This document shows positions 38,501-48,214 of a stretch of 64,000 nt of DNA, in pieces (the first letter of the stretch is position 1; every line of letters begins with the position of its first letter). The notes below the pieces were generated by a model, which saw only the letters and a program-made list of their open reading frames with translations, searched no databases and was not told the origin of the DNA. The position numbers and the translations under genes are program-made. This DNA comes from a virus. The stretch lies in the UHGV virus genome UHGV-0049167. One strand, written 5' to 3'.

Positions 38501-41500
38501 GTCAGATGCATCAGTACTGTCTGTTTCTGTAAAATCGACGTAAGTACCTATGTATTTGTCAGGCGTCTCGGTCATGGGCGTACCGCTCGCGTTCGCAGAA
38601 TACTTTATGTGGAAGTAGCTTGTACGTCCGTCCGCACCGGGTGTTCCGGGTATGCCTTGCTCGCCTTGCGGTCCTTGTAATCCTTGAAGCCCCTGCTCGC
38701 CTCTATCACCTTTGTCTCCTTTGTCGCCCTTTATCTTCAACCAAGTGTATTCTGACGAGTCTGTGCTGTCGTCAGCGTTGGTGTCTGTCATGACGCCAAT
38801 CCACGCGCCCGGTGTCTCACCGTTGTTTGCTGTGAACGTCTTTCCCCCATCATCGGAGTATTTGATGTGAAGATAATATGTAAGCCCGTCCACACCGTTG
38901 GTTCCCGGTATTCCCTGCTCCCCATCATACCCTTGGAAGCGTGACCACGTGTAGTCCGAAGGGTCGTCGCTGTCTGCCTCCGTGAAGTCAACGTATGTGC
39001 CGATGTAGAGGTTGGGTGTCTCGGTCATGGGATTTCCGTTCTCGTTTGAAGAATATTTCACATGGAAGTATGTGGTCTTTCCGTCATGACCGGGTGCCCC
39101 GTCTTTACCGGCTACACCGGGAATACCCTGCTCTCCTTGCGGACCCTGCGGTCCCTGTATGTTTCCGGCATTCACCCACTTGTCACCGTCCCACACCCAT
39201 AAGTCTCCGTCTATGAGCCATGCGTCACCGACCGCGTTGCCGTCCTGCGGGAGTTCGGAAGAGTCATTCTTCGAACCTTTCAGATTGAATGAAGTCCCGT
39301 CCTCTCCACGGAATTTGCTCCATGTATAGTCGGAAGGATTGTCGCTTTCCTGTGCGCTCTCTTTGTTTACGGCTATGCCTATATATTTTGTCGTGTCTGA
39401 AGGGGTCTGATACATAGGCTCACCGTCCGGACTGTCAGAGTAGGCAATCCATGTATAGAGAGTCTCACCGTCCTCGCCCTTTGCTCCCGGCACTCCGTCC
39501 TCGCCTTTTATCTCTGACCAGGTATAGTCCGATGGATTGTCGCTTTCCTGTGCGGTATTCTTGTTATATGCGAATCCAATGTATTTCTTTCCGGAAGGGT
39601 CGTTGGATATGCCTCCTCCTTCAGCGGTGTCGGAATATCTTATCCATGTGTAAAGTGTCTTCCCGTCCTCACCGGACGGTCCTGGTACACCCTGTGGTCC
39701 CATGTCACCTTTCTCACCCTGCTGTCCGTCCATACCTCTGAAACGTGCCCATGTATAATCAGAGGGGACATCGCTCGCTGTAGGGTTAAAATCCACGCGT
39801 GTACCGATAAATACATCCGGAGTCTCACTCATGGGCACACCGTCAGGATTCGGTGAATATCTTATGTGAAAATATGTGGTTTTCCCGTCTGCTCCGTCTT
39901 CTCCAGCCGGACCCTGTATTTTTCCTGCGTTTGCCCATGCGCTGCCGTCCCATACCCACAGATAGCCGTTCACGAGATACGCGTCTCCTGTGCTGTTCCC
40001 TGTTGGCGGCAGCATGCTCTCGTCATCAACGCTTCCCTTCACAGTGAATGACGTGCCGTCCTTTCCGTCAGTACCTTTAATCCTTGACCATGCATAGTCG
40101 CTGTAGACGAGAGCCACGTCGCTCTCCGTGCGGTCTGTGCATATGCCGAGCATGAGCCAGTCTTTTGCCGTGCTCTGGGATTTGTCCTTTGTCCAGTCGT
40201 CCGGACCGTTTCCCCATGCAAGGTGCGTGTAGCTGACAAGACCGGAAGTGTCCACATCCAGCTCGCCTCTTATCTTATTGCCGTTAGCCGCGAACCATGT
40301 CGTGCGGTACTGGCTTAGAGAAAAACTTGTGATTCCGTTGTATTGCGCGAATGACGGACTCTCCAGCTCGGTATCCGGAGTGGAGTGGGCGGCTATTATT
40401 ATCGCATGGCTGCGCGCTGTGTCGTCACCACGGTGTCCGCACAGACAAACGCTGTCACCCTCTGCAGGCTCAAGGCTGTCAGCCGCGCACGTGGCTTCAG
40501 ACACTTCAATCCAATGGCACTTTCTGTCCTCACCGTCAATGTTCCGTGTTCCGCTCCCTGTTGCCGTGACAAGTCTCCACCATAGTCTGTTTCCTGCATC
40601 ATATGATGTCCCCTCGGCAAGATTGGATGTCATTGCCAGAGCCTGGTCTCCGACCTTCCACATGTTCTGCACGGCTCTGCCGTCGCTGTCCTCCGCCAGC
40701 CACCACAGACGCCATGCTCCGCTTATTCTTTCGACAGAGCGTACCGTGCAGTTAGCAGCGGACAGTATCAGTTGACCTCCGACGCTGTTCAGCTCATCTA
40801 TGACAAGCTCGAAGAAATGTGCCCTTCCTGTCACGGTCAGCGTTTTCATTGTGGCTTCGTCGGCAAGAAGTTTCTTCAGCCGTGCGGTACCGTCCGCATC
40901 TATGCCGTAGTCTCCGTCTCCCACAAGCAGCCCTTTGAGGAATGTTATAATATCCAAGGCTGTGTCCGGACTGTCTTTCCGCAGAAAATACTTCGCGCAT
41001 TGTGCTAAAATGTCACCACGCATGCCATAAGTCAGGGATGTAAGTATCTCTGTTTTTATGGAATCGAGCTGTGCTCTGAATGAGGATTGAGACACGGTCA
41101 GGGTGTCTGTTAAATCCACACTTATTTCATAAAGTATGCTATCATCGGCTTTACAAGTATAGTTGCTGACATACAGAAGATGCTCTTCTTGATTATATCT
41201 TACTGTCAGACGTGTATTTTCATTCAGCAATGAGGTGAAGTCCTCATTTAATGCCAGATATACACGGGAAAATTTTATTGAATATGTGAATTTCTCATCA
41301 TTATTCCCTTTCATGTAAGCAATAAGAGCCGCATCCAGTCTTTTTTCCGCTTCCCGTATGTAGGATTCAGGAAGAGAAATGCCAGTTATGACAAATGTAT
41401 CGCCTATTGACGGACGATATCCTTGTGCCGCGTTCGGCATAATGACACCAAAGGTATCTGTTTCTTTTTTTACGGCTATCCATACTTCATATTCGCTGGT

Positions 41501-43735
41501 GTCCTGCTGGCGTGAAACGTAACTGTTTGTATCACGTGAAGGCAGGATATAGTCTCCTTCATATTTGTCCGCATTAGAACTGTTGACCTTGCGAAGATTG
41601 CCTTGTGCGTCTGTCATGACAGGGTTATAGAATTTGTATCTGTCACCATCGGCATACTTGTCCACCCCGATAACGAAACGGCATGCGGCGCAGTTGCCGC
41701 TTGTCATCTCTATTGCAGCCTCTTCGCTTTCTAATGCATGCTCAAAAATATTGAAGCCTCCACTTCCGTTATATACATGTAGTTTTATATAGAAATATGA
41801 ATGAAGGTATTCGTCACTATTGTCTTTAAGGACATCGCTATCATCCGTATCAAACCGTATGTCAGCTATTTCACCTATCAACTGACCTTGAATGTTTTTT
41901 ATCCCTTTTATTGTCGGGACTATATCTTCAAATGAAGTCGTCCCTTCGTGAGGGTTCAATTCATTGTATACATTATTAAATATATATTTATTTCCTGATT
42001 CATCTTCATCTTCATATGTATTATTGACTGCATTATAGTAGCGTTCCGCTCCTCCACTTTCTCTGTATATAGAGGGCATCAGGCTCTGAGAGGGAGTTAT
42101 CCACTCTCTTCCTGTAATATTAATTATGGCTGGTGTGTGGTCACCGCTGTCCTCCACAACATTCCATTCACCGCCTGAGAAATCCAAATGCGAAGGCGCA
42201 TACGGAACATTGTTTACATCAGACAGCGTTATTCCGCTTTTACTGTATGCGATGTTATTCCCATCTCCATATGAGAAATAATACAGTTCTCCGCCACTTT
42301 TCTGATATGTTATGGATGATTTTGCATTTAACGTCATTCCTATAGTCGCCTGGCTGTTGGTCGCTCCGCTTCCTGAGAAAATGGCGTAAGCAGTCCCTTT
42401 AATCACAACTTGAAACCATCCGCTGGCATGGAAGGTATATTCATAGTCCTTCCAACCTGACAATATTTCTATTTTATCACTTATAGAATCATCCTCATTC
42501 GGATTATAGTCGTCTCTCCATATTCCAATACTTATTGTATTTTTAAGGTTTCTGTCCCCTCCGTAGCTATTTGACGATACTTTCTGCCATGAAAGTGATA
42601 AATCTGCGTCACCGCTGATTTTTCTGAAAGTCAAAAAGGATTCATTGAAAACAAACCGAAGTTTGTCTCCCTCTTGTGCATTTATTTTCAGTCTGAAAGA
42701 TATCGTGATATAGGTGTTGCCTATACCTGTTCCAAAATAGAATATGTCTGTAGCCTCCCTGTTGCTTATTACTGTGGGGCTATATGCATTATAAAAAGGA
42801 GCAGTCTGTCCGATGTCTGCGCTGGCATCCGTGTTTGACACCTTTTTAAGTCTATATGCGGTATATGGGGAACTGTTGTATTTTAGTATCTCATTTAAGG
42901 AGATATCTGCTACTTCAGATTTGTCAATGTTCTCTGTGTCGAAACTCGCGTTGCCCTCCGCACTCATGTTTGGATAGTACCATGGCAAATTTTTTGTGCC
43001 TCCAGTACCGGTTATCCTCGTGATAATCCTGTAATTGGCATTTGTTTTCTGAATAGACAACAGAGCATTGTCATTACCATATTCTATCGGAGTTGTTATT
43101 ACATTCTCTGTATATCCTACGTGGCAGGTCTTCCCTGTCCAATAATAGGCGAGTCCATATACATTATATATATCCTGTAGAGCCTCTGCAATGAACTTGT
43201 CTTCTATACTGACATCTTTGCCCTCAGAAGTTATGCCTTCGTCAATGACAATATGGAAACCTTCTTGTTTGTCTTTATTATATAGACCGCTGTAAATCAA
43301 TGAATCGTTGAGCCGGGCAACAAACTCGTGTACATCACCGAAGAAATGTACTTTAGATGTGTTGCTTCTGTATCGGTCTTTATATTGGGCTTCAGTATCT
43401 TCTGTTACCACATCAAGGAAATACACGTTTTCAAGTATCTCCCTTTCACTTACAAATGTGACCTCATGTTTGTATGTTATCTCAGAATTGTCTTTGGATG
43501 ATGACGGCTTTTGCCTTATATAATACTTCTCTCCGCCAAATTCTATATACTCGTTTAATGTCCATTCATTGTCAAGACATCTTGGGAATTTCAATGTAGC
43601 CGTGAAGGTCGGTGCGCCGCCCATGCGTTGTGCGTCATAGGTGTATGTACCTATGACCGCTTTTTCTGTAGACGAAGGAAAATATTCTTTCACTCCGTTT
43701 GTGTCACGCATTATGTATAAGCTCTTCTTCTCCAT
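35573..43735 (-). CDS. giant 2720-aa structural protein with collagen-like Gly-X-Y tracts and tandem ~85-140-aa modules; putative tail fibre / host-recognition protein
   Basis: Uninterrupted 8163-nt ORF; GPQGVPGPSGEDG, GDKGDKGDRGEQGLQGLQGPQGEQGIPG; repeated YTWSRFQGYDGEQGIPG...YYLHIKYSDDGGKTFT modules. Confidence 0.8.
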   Translation of the reverse strand: MEKKSLYIMRDTNGVKEYFPSSTEKAVIGTYTYDAQRMGGAPTFTATLKFPRCLDNEWTLNEYIEFGGEKYYIRQKPSSSKDNSEITYKHEVTFVSEREILENVYFLDVVTEDTEAQYKDRYRSNTSKVHFFGDVHEFVARLNDSLIYSGLYNKDKQEGFHIVIDEGITSEGKDVSIEDKFIAEALQDIYNVYGLAYYWTGKTCHVGYTENVITTPIEYGNDNALLSIQKTNANYRIITRITGTGGTKNLPWYYPNMSAEGNASFDTENIDKSEVADISLNEILKYNSSPYTAYRLKKVSNTDASADIGQTAPFYNAYSPTVISNREATDIFYFGTGIGNTYITISFRLKINAQEGDKLRFVFNESFLTFRKISGDADLSLSWQKVSSNSYGGDRNLKNTISIGIWRDDYNPNEDDSISDKIEILSGWKDYEYTFHASGWFQVVIKGTAYAIFSGSGATNSQATIGMTLNAKSSITYQKSGGELYYFSYGDGNNIAYSKSGITLSDVNNVPYAPSHLDFSGGEWNVVEDSGDHTPAIINITGREWITPSQSLMPSIYRESGGAERYYNAVNNTYEDEDESGNKYIFNNVYNELNPHEGTTSFEDIVPTIKGIKNIQGQLIGEIADIRFDTDDSDVLKDNSDEYLHSYFYIKLHVYNGSGGFNIFEHALESEEAAIEMTSGNCAACRFVIGVDKYADGDRYKFYNPVMTDAQGNLRKVNSSNADKYEGDYILPSRDTNSYVSRQQDTSEYEVWIAVKKETDTFGVIMPNAAQGYRPSIGDTFVITGISLPESYIREAEKRLDAALIAYMKGNNDEKFTYSIKFSRVYLALNEDFTSLLNENTRLTVRYNQEEHLLYVSNYTCKADDSILYEISVDLTDTLTVSQSSFRAQLDSIKTEILTSLTYGMRGDILAQCAKYFLRKDSPDTALDIITFLKGLLVGDGDYGIDADGTARLKKLLADEATMKTLTVTGRAHFFELVIDELNSVGGQLILSAANCTVRSVERISGAWRLWWLAEDSDGRAVQNMWKVGDQALAMTSNLAEGTSYDAGNRLWWRLVTATGSGTRNIDGEDRKCHWIEVSEATCAADSLEPAEGDSVCLCGHRGDDTARSHAIIIAAHSTPDTELESPSFAQYNGITSFSLSQYRTTWFAANGNKIRGELDVDTSGLVSYTHLAWGNGPDDWTKDKSQSTAKDWLMLGICTDRTESDVALVYSDYAWSRIKGTDGKDGTSFTVKGSVDDESMLPPTGNSTGDAYLVNGYLWVWDGSAWANAGKIQGPAGEDGADGKTTYFHIRYSPNPDGVPMSETPDVFIGTRVDFNPTASDVPSDYTWARFRGMDGQQGEKGDMGPQGVPGPSGEDGKTLYTWIRYSDTAEGGGISNDPSGKKYIGFAYNKNTAQESDNPSDYTWSEIKGEDGVPGAKGEDGETLYTWIAYSDSPDGEPMYQTPSDTTKYIGIAVNKESAQESDNPSDYTWSKFRGEDGTSFNLKGSKNDSSELPQDGNAVGDAWLIDGDLWVWDGDKWVNAGNIQGPQGPQGEQGIPGVAGKDGAPGHDGKTTYFHVKYSSNENGNPMTETPNLYIGTYVDFTEADSDDPSDYTWSRFQGYDGEQGIPGTNGVDGLTYYLHIKYSDDGGKTFTANNGETPGAWIGVMTDTNADDSTDSSEYTWLKIKGDKGDKGDRGEQGLQGLQGPQGEQGIPGTPGADGRTSYFHIKYSANASGTPMTETPDKYIGTYVDFTETDSTDASDYTWSRFEGIQGEQGLPGVNGTDGTTYYLHIKYSNDGGVTFTGNNGEDSGDWIGVLTDTNPTDSGTPSDYKWSKIKGDTGEKGDKGEQGVPGPAGEDGRTTYFHVKYSANSNGTPMSEVPNLYIGTYVDFTEADSDDPSDYTWSRFQGYDGEQGIPGTNGTDGKTSYLHIKYSDDGGKTFTANNGETPGAWLGQCVDFNSYDPTSVTSYKWTRIRGEDGADGSDGEPGTDGQDGFSWALDPAAITLEADSDGVVSMQDATSRLRAWLGTREMTVTITAIEPMHCLASRNGAQVTITAIGTYTADWGGSVPYGAGWVQITAQATLGGETRSVSCRLSFTVSSMALSSQIKAETDSISLKVGYLGAKDGNMVTTPDIFLTGNGNKVYTIGDVSSLRGKTITVSCLVKTVSAVPAASGNRRIGMEPMIRYADGSTQYLGTWRQITSTDTFEGRISSTHRIQDKAVASVEQCNLYIQGISSGYSSVSRPKIETGADATDWGLSAEDRLKRPNLLPGTSDFSQCTVQDTVEAGAYTTPYGEKISVAHGVNEAGTSYKDVITWRNVVPEPGVQYTLSFWARGTGSIGSYFYPNCTDWVTSPGTKNQTGVTDGFVQFTLESGWNRYQVTWSTRNDVSGGKSLIAARLMPDSSAQGEVWICGVKLEKGSEATDWRSETITRDELQATGIDIEHKRIKVTADNFEIQNNSGETVTTIDEAGTLTGVMLRTMDEGQGHVEIKGGLIEVKNPNGVTNIKMGYNGSYMVLSYYDNDGTFLYDLGPWGLSGKDVSEERWETSSKYGRLQLTGATFSTVGDIVGNKQIMNTIFQYGHVYTKTPLYMYLAGRVNDTYLSGDYASTPEIARAANGRWFMEQGNVTTAQAVTGMWAQDNPESFMIGSPMDTPPMDYTRYEDDYAEKVDFSRQWCSRNVYRFSNIGIVQPGSGTVYYGSMITTTAVYMNYDRVQMIQINRIDDDDTDTNGNIYL
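37931..38146. repeat. ~216-bp direct repeat, copy 1 (inside giant gene)
   Basis: Near-identical to 38801-39016; last ~125 bp identical by eye. Confidence 0.85.
38801..39016. repeat. ~216-bp direct repeat, copy 2 (870 bp downstream of copy 1)
   Basis: Near-identical to 37931-38146. Confidence 0.85.
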
Positions 43736-45219
43736 CAGGCTACATTGTTTATAGGTGCATTTTTGTTTGTGCCATCCGTAGTCTTGTTCCGTTTTGACTC
43801 TTCAGCCAATCTCATTTCCTCATCAGGAGTGGAAACGGTATTTTTTTCAATTCCCGTCTTAGTGGAAATGATACCGGATCCTTTCAGAGTGCAAAGCATC
43901 TGGTTATAAGTATTCTCATCGAACGGCTGCCACATTTTAAACTTGCAGGATATTTTCATTCTGGCAAATTCTGTTACCGCATTCGGATTCTCACCTTTAT
44001 TTACAAGTTCTTTAGCCAGTCCTTCCTTGAAAAGTCTCGCATGTTTATCCGCAAAATTCTGCCATTCTATTACGTTTTGAGCCGCACCTTCTATATCGAA
44101 AGAACGTGTTATTTGCATTGCCAGACCGGAGATGTCCCCGCTTGACTTAACATCCTTGGGAAGGATGAATGTTACGGATGCTCCTATCTGAATCTTGTCA
44201 AGAATGTCTTGCATCGCATTAAGCATTCCTTCATTTGTAGGTGGAGAGAGGAACTTTGCGTCTCCCTTGCCGTCAATCGATGCGTCTTGAAGCATAATTG
44301 AACCTGCTATTTGACGGGCGTCTTCCTTAAAACGCCCTTTGAGATATAAAATCCCCCATCCATGACGCTTTTCTATTACAGTAAAGATGTTGTAAATAAT
44401 CTCAAATGTTTCTATCAGATTCTGGACGTTGTTCCATGCGACATCACCGCGCTTTGTTATAAGCGGTATCTCACTGAAGCCGTGAGCCTCTTGGCTCTCT
44501 ATATGCCAACCGTCAACGTTCGTCAGACGGTACAGGTTCGTGTCGTCGTATGCGTCTATGTGCTGCACGTTGTCACCGTCGGCATAATATACACATTCCA
44601 TCACCCGGTCACCGTTGTCGTCGTTGTGTGATATGATGACATATCCGTCCTCGTATGATATTATCCGCCCCCTGATTTCACCTTTATAGTTGAAATACAT
44701 CAGAAGTCCGATGTCGCCAAGTCCCATCTGCCCGTATACAGCCTTTGTCCCCAATCCGTCCTGATTGCGCTCTGTCCAATGCCATTTCAGGTCAGCAAAG
44801 TTTTTTTTCAATGTTTCGGAAGGATTGCTGTCATGCAATGTAAATACTCTGGGATTGCCGCATAATGCAAGTGTCTTTTTTTGTCTTATTCTTTCTTGAA
44901 AGGCAAGAGCGGTACGCTTGAACTTTATTTCATAGAATGCTCCGTCATTGGCTTTGACACAAATTGACGGCATATTTTCGTCAAAAAGTACCTCATGGCT
45001 GTCCGGGTCAAGTTCTTTCATGAACTTGTCCTGTGTGACAATGGTCTTCATTACGTTTGGAAGCACAGCCCGACGTAAGGCGGACACATTCTCTTCCGCC
45101 CCACAGTTGTTGTCGTACACGGAATATGTACTGCTGCCTCTTGTAAACGGCTTCTTCATCAGCATTTCTTCCGGATGAGACAACAGCCATTCTACAATTT
45201 CCTTACGTGTTCTGTTCAT
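43735..45219 (-). CDS. putative portal protein
   Basis: 494 aa between terminase genes and structural genes; by size and position only. Confidence 0.45.
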   Translation of the reverse strand: MNRTRKEIVEWLLSHPEEMLMKKPFTRGSSTYSVYDNNCGAEENVSALRRAVLPNVMKTIVTQDKFMKELDPDSHEVLFDENMPSICVKANDGAFYEIKFKRTALAFQERIRQKKTLALCGNPRVFTLHDSNPSETLKKNFADLKWHWTERNQDGLGTKAVYGQMGLGDIGLLMYFNYKGEIRGRIISYEDGYVIISHNDDNGDRVMECVYYADGDNVQHIDAYDDTNLYRLTNVDGWHIESQEAHGFSEIPLITKRGDVAWNNVQNLIETFEIIYNIFTVIEKRHGWGILYLKGRFKEDARQIAGSIMLQDASIDGKGDAKFLSPPTNEGMLNAMQDILDKIQIGASVTFILPKDVKSSGDISGLAMQITRSFDIEGAAQNVIEWQNFADKHARLFKEGLAKELVNKGENPNAVTEFARMKISCKFKMWQPFDENTYNQMLCTLKGSGIISTKTGIEKNTVSTPDEEMRLAEESKRNKTTDGTNKNAPINNVA

Positions 45220-45752
45220 ACTGCGCTTCCTTTGTCTTTAAGTCCGTAATACTTCATGCACGCTTCTTTTGTCGGCATATAGGTACACTCTCTGTTGGTG
45301 TGTGGACATATAATGTCATGTTTCTGAGGCACGACTATTATGCGTTTTTGCGTCTGGCTGGCTTCCATCTCAAACTTATCGTTTAGTTTCACGCGGATGT
45401 CTGCCTCCATTTTCACAGCGTCCTTCGCGTCAATCTTCTTACTTTCGGCAAGAACCTTTATCTCTTTCAGCAAACGTATAAGTTCCGTCTTGTTCTGCTC
45501 ACGTGTTATAAGTTCTTCGTTTACCGAGCCTATGCCGAAAGGTTCAAGCAAATCCCGTAATTTTATCATCCTCGGAGCACGATAGTGTGCTTCAGCATCC
45601 GTTGCAGTCCTGCCGTACGCCATTTTGTACGCCACAGATTTATCGGCGAACGTATCGCACAGCACAGCAAAGGCTATGTCTTTATCACTCACTGTAGCCC
45701 ACTCCTGCCGTGCGCTTTTGAGTATAACCTTTATGTCGTCTTTCTTTATCAT
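45216..45752 (-). CDS. hypothetical protein, possibly terminase small subunit-like
   Basis: 178 aa; SVAYKMAYGRTATDAEA loosely resembles TerS helix; unusual position after TerL. Confidence 0.4.
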   Translation of the reverse strand: MIKKDDIKVILKSARQEWATVSDKDIAFAVLCDTFADKSVAYKMAYGRTATDAEAHYRAPRMIKLRDLLEPFGIGSVNEELITREQNKTELIRLLKEIKVLAESKKIDAKDAVKMEADIRVKLNDKFEMEASQTQKRIIVVPQKHDIICPHTNRECTYMPTKEACMKYYGLKDKGSAV

Positions 45753-45767
45753 GAAGTTTTGTATATT

Positions 45768-47390
45768 TTAACTCCACAATGTGGAGTCATATATGCTACG
45801 TCTGACGTATGTTTTACTCTCAACTTCTTCATCCCTCCCTCTCGAGAAACCTTCTTCTATCTCTGTCCCGTATTCGAGATTTACACATGGATACATCCTT
45901 ATAGCACAGGGGTCCAACAAGTCCATTGAACGTCCGTACCCAAGCCGTAAGTTCATCTGTTTCTTGTTCATAAGTCTTTTCTTTCCTGAAGGCATGTCGA
46001 TAAATCTTACGACAGCGCACTCATCCTGAAACTCATTCTCTACTGTAACTCTGAACTTCAGGTTCTGATGTGTGTATGTGGATTGCGCTACGTTATCTGC
46101 AAAAGTGATTTGCCCTCTGTTTATCATGTTTACAAGGCGGAGATAACACAGGTCTTTCATCGTCGCTGCCGTCAGGTAGTATAACCCCATTGGCTTTGTT
46201 GATGAGAGGTAAGCTATTGCGTCCGGTATGTAGTCATTGAAATACCGTCCTGCGGTGCCGTCAAATATTATGTGGCTATCCGGAGTCTCGTTTTTATCCG
46301 CGAAAATTTTTACTCTTTGCGCGTTCTCTTTAGGAGTTGTGTGGCTTACTATTAGTATGTCGGTGACATGGAAACCGTTCCATGCCAATGCCACCATGTT
46401 GTCTGTACCATAATCAGCCAAGTCCACAGTTACCCACCTGTCTCCGTTAACGGCAGGGGCTGCCATAAAACAGTCTCTTGCCTTGTCGCTTGGTATCGGT
46501 ATGTCTACGTCCTCGTCGGGGTCAGCGTTGAAGTTCCCAAGCATTGACAGTGCCATATTGCCACCTGAAGCGGCAACGCTGCCTATATAGCCAGGGTTGC
46601 GTTCCATCAAGTCTTTATTTTGTGACACCATGCCCTGATAGAACACGAACGATTTTATCAGGTGTTCATAAGAAAAATTGCCGTTTAACCTTTTTAATTT
46701 GTTTTCTATGTCTATGCGGCATTTCCGATAGACTTCCTCTTTCGTGTCACCCCAGACGACATCCTTAACCGTAGCCCCGTTTATGTAAAAATATCTTACA
46801 ACACCGTCACGTTCGGGATTTACATAGCCGTCTAATCCTACATACCAGTCAAGGAATGTTCTCGACCAATGGCTGCGCTTCGGGTTGAACGTGGCAAAGA
46901 ATTTCCCGGTAAACGTCTTGCTCTGCCCACGGTTACGGGTCATCACGTATGTGAACGCCTCCCATGACATCTCGGTCAACTCGTCTATGGCTATCGCGTC
47001 ATACTCCCATCCTTTTGCACGCTCTCGCAACTTATCCATATTGGAGTCGTCGATGTACGTCAAATCGCAGAACGTGCCGATGGGGAAGCTGATGCGCGGG
47101 CTGTCCGACTCGCGTACCTTTATATAGTCAGTACCGAACACTTGCTTGAATTTCTCCACGAAACCGCCGCCCGCCTTTTGGTTGCCAAGGCTTCGGCGGC
47201 TTATCAGGCATCGGAAATCAGGGTCGGTCATCAGTGGCTCGGCAAAGGCAAGAAGCAAGCCCAGCGACTTGCCGCCACCCGCTGCACCGCCGCCGAACAC
47301 CACGTCTACATTGGTGCTGGCGAACATATGCTGGAATGGAGAATTCGGTTTCCAAGTAATGTCCTTTATGTTACTTTGACTGTCTGACAT
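45768..47390 (-). CDS. terminase large subunit
   Basis: Walker A VVFGGGAAGGGKS, Walker B DAIAIDELTE; 540 aa. Confidence 0.85.
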   Translation of the reverse strand: MSDSQSNIKDITWKPNSPFQHMFASTNVDVVFGGGAAGGGKSLGLLLAFAEPLMTDPDFRCLISRRSLGNQKAGGGFVEKFKQVFGTDYIKVRESDSPRISFPIGTFCDLTYIDDSNMDKLRERAKGWEYDAIAIDELTEMSWEAFTYVMTRNRGQSKTFTGKFFATFNPKRSHWSRTFLDWYVGLDGYVNPERDGVVRYFYINGATVKDVVWGDTKEEVYRKCRIDIENKLKRLNGNFSYEHLIKSFVFYQGMVSQNKDLMERNPGYIGSVAASGGNMALSMLGNFNADPDEDVDIPIPSDKARDCFMAAPAVNGDRWVTVDLADYGTDNMVALAWNGFHVTDILIVSHTTPKENAQRVKIFADKNETPDSHIIFDGTAGRYFNDYIPDAIAYLSSTKPMGLYYLTAATMKDLCYLRLVNMINRGQITFADNVAQSTYTHQNLKFRVTVENEFQDECAVVRFIDMPSGKKRLMNKKQMNLRLGYGRSMDLLDPCAIRMYPCVNLEYGTEIEEGFSRGRDEEVESKTYVRRSIYDSTLWS

Positions 47391-47441
47391 ATTGCAAATA
47401 TACTTTATGTCTATTTAGATAATGCTTTGATTTTCAACAAT

Positions 47442-47459
47442 ATTGGACATATGTCCAAT
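47442..47459. promoter_or_regulatory. 18-bp perfect palindrome ATTGGACATATGTCCAAT in divergent region between terminase and head operons; candidate operator
   Basis: Read directly; ~0.2 such palindromes expected by chance in 64 kb. Confidence 0.4.
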
Positions 47460-47537
47460 TATAAGCTTTAATGATTTCATCTAAACGACTAACAATCATA
47501 AATTTGCATCATGAGTTAACATTAAAACACTATATAT

Positions 47538-48185
47538 ATGAAGTTTACGAGCGAACAGCTAACAGAAGCACTGAAAGCTAAACTCACGCCCAACGGCAAA
47601 AAACTTGCGATGAGCGAGAGGACACTGAAAGCCAATGTGGAAAGGCTCTACAAAAGGCTGGAGAAAAGTGATGACGAAACCGAACTTGATGATGTTGTCA
47701 AAGAGTATCTTCCTGATTTCGAAGAGATTGACGGCAACGTCCGCAAGGATAATTCCGATTTCGTGAACACTTGGAAAAAGGAACATCCCGACACAAAACA
47801 AGATGACAAACGCGATGACAAACGCGATGACAAGCAAGGCGACCGGCTCGACACGCTTCTGCAAGAAATTAAGGAACTGAAGGCTGAGCGTGAGAAAGAC
47901 AAGGCTGAGAAGGTCGCCAAGGAGAAACGTGCGGAATTGTTGTCCATGTTCAAGGAAAAGGGCATTGAGGATGAGGATTGGGCAGCCTCATATCTAAAGA
48001 AACTCAACGTCAACGCTGATACAGACACCGAAGCTGAGACAAACGATGCTCTCACGCTTTACAATAAGTCGAAATCGCACGTTGACACCAGTGGAACACC
48101 GCGACGAGCCGGAGGCGGCGCGACAGATCCGAAAGATGAGTTTGCCGATGTGGTTGACATTCTCAAAAGTGAAAGACGGATGTAA
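47538..48185 (+). CDS. scaffolding-like charged coiled-coil protein
   Basis: 215 aa, highly charged, DDKRDDKRDDKQ repeat; first gene of head operon. Confidence 0.45.
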   Translation: MKFTSEQLTEALKAKLTPNGKKLAMSERTLKANVERLYKRLEKSDDETELDDVVKEYLPDFEEIDGNVRKDNSDFVNTWKKEHPDTKQDDKRDDKRDDKQGDRLDTLLQEIKELKAEREKDKAEKVAKEKRAELLSMFKEKGIEDEDWAASYLKKLNVNADTDTEAETNDALTLYNKSKSHVDTSGTPRRAGGGATDPKDEFADVVDILKSERRM

Positions 48186-48214
48186 TATTTAACAAAAAAA
48201 ACTACAAGGAAACA

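Noticed and set aside
37900-39900. Possible CRISPR-like repeat array
   Set aside because: The repeats are hundreds of bp long, lie inside a continuous coding frame and encode protein modules; no short regularly spaced repeats with unique spacers were seen anywhere in the window
35711-43523. Many plus-strand ORFs of 60-190 aa inside the giant minus-strand gene (for example 35711-36244, 36912-37352, 37440-38000, 40248-40775)
   Set aside because: All lie antisense to one uninterrupted 8.2-kb ORF and have low-complexity Pro/Ser/Arg/Cys-rich translations typical of antisense frames
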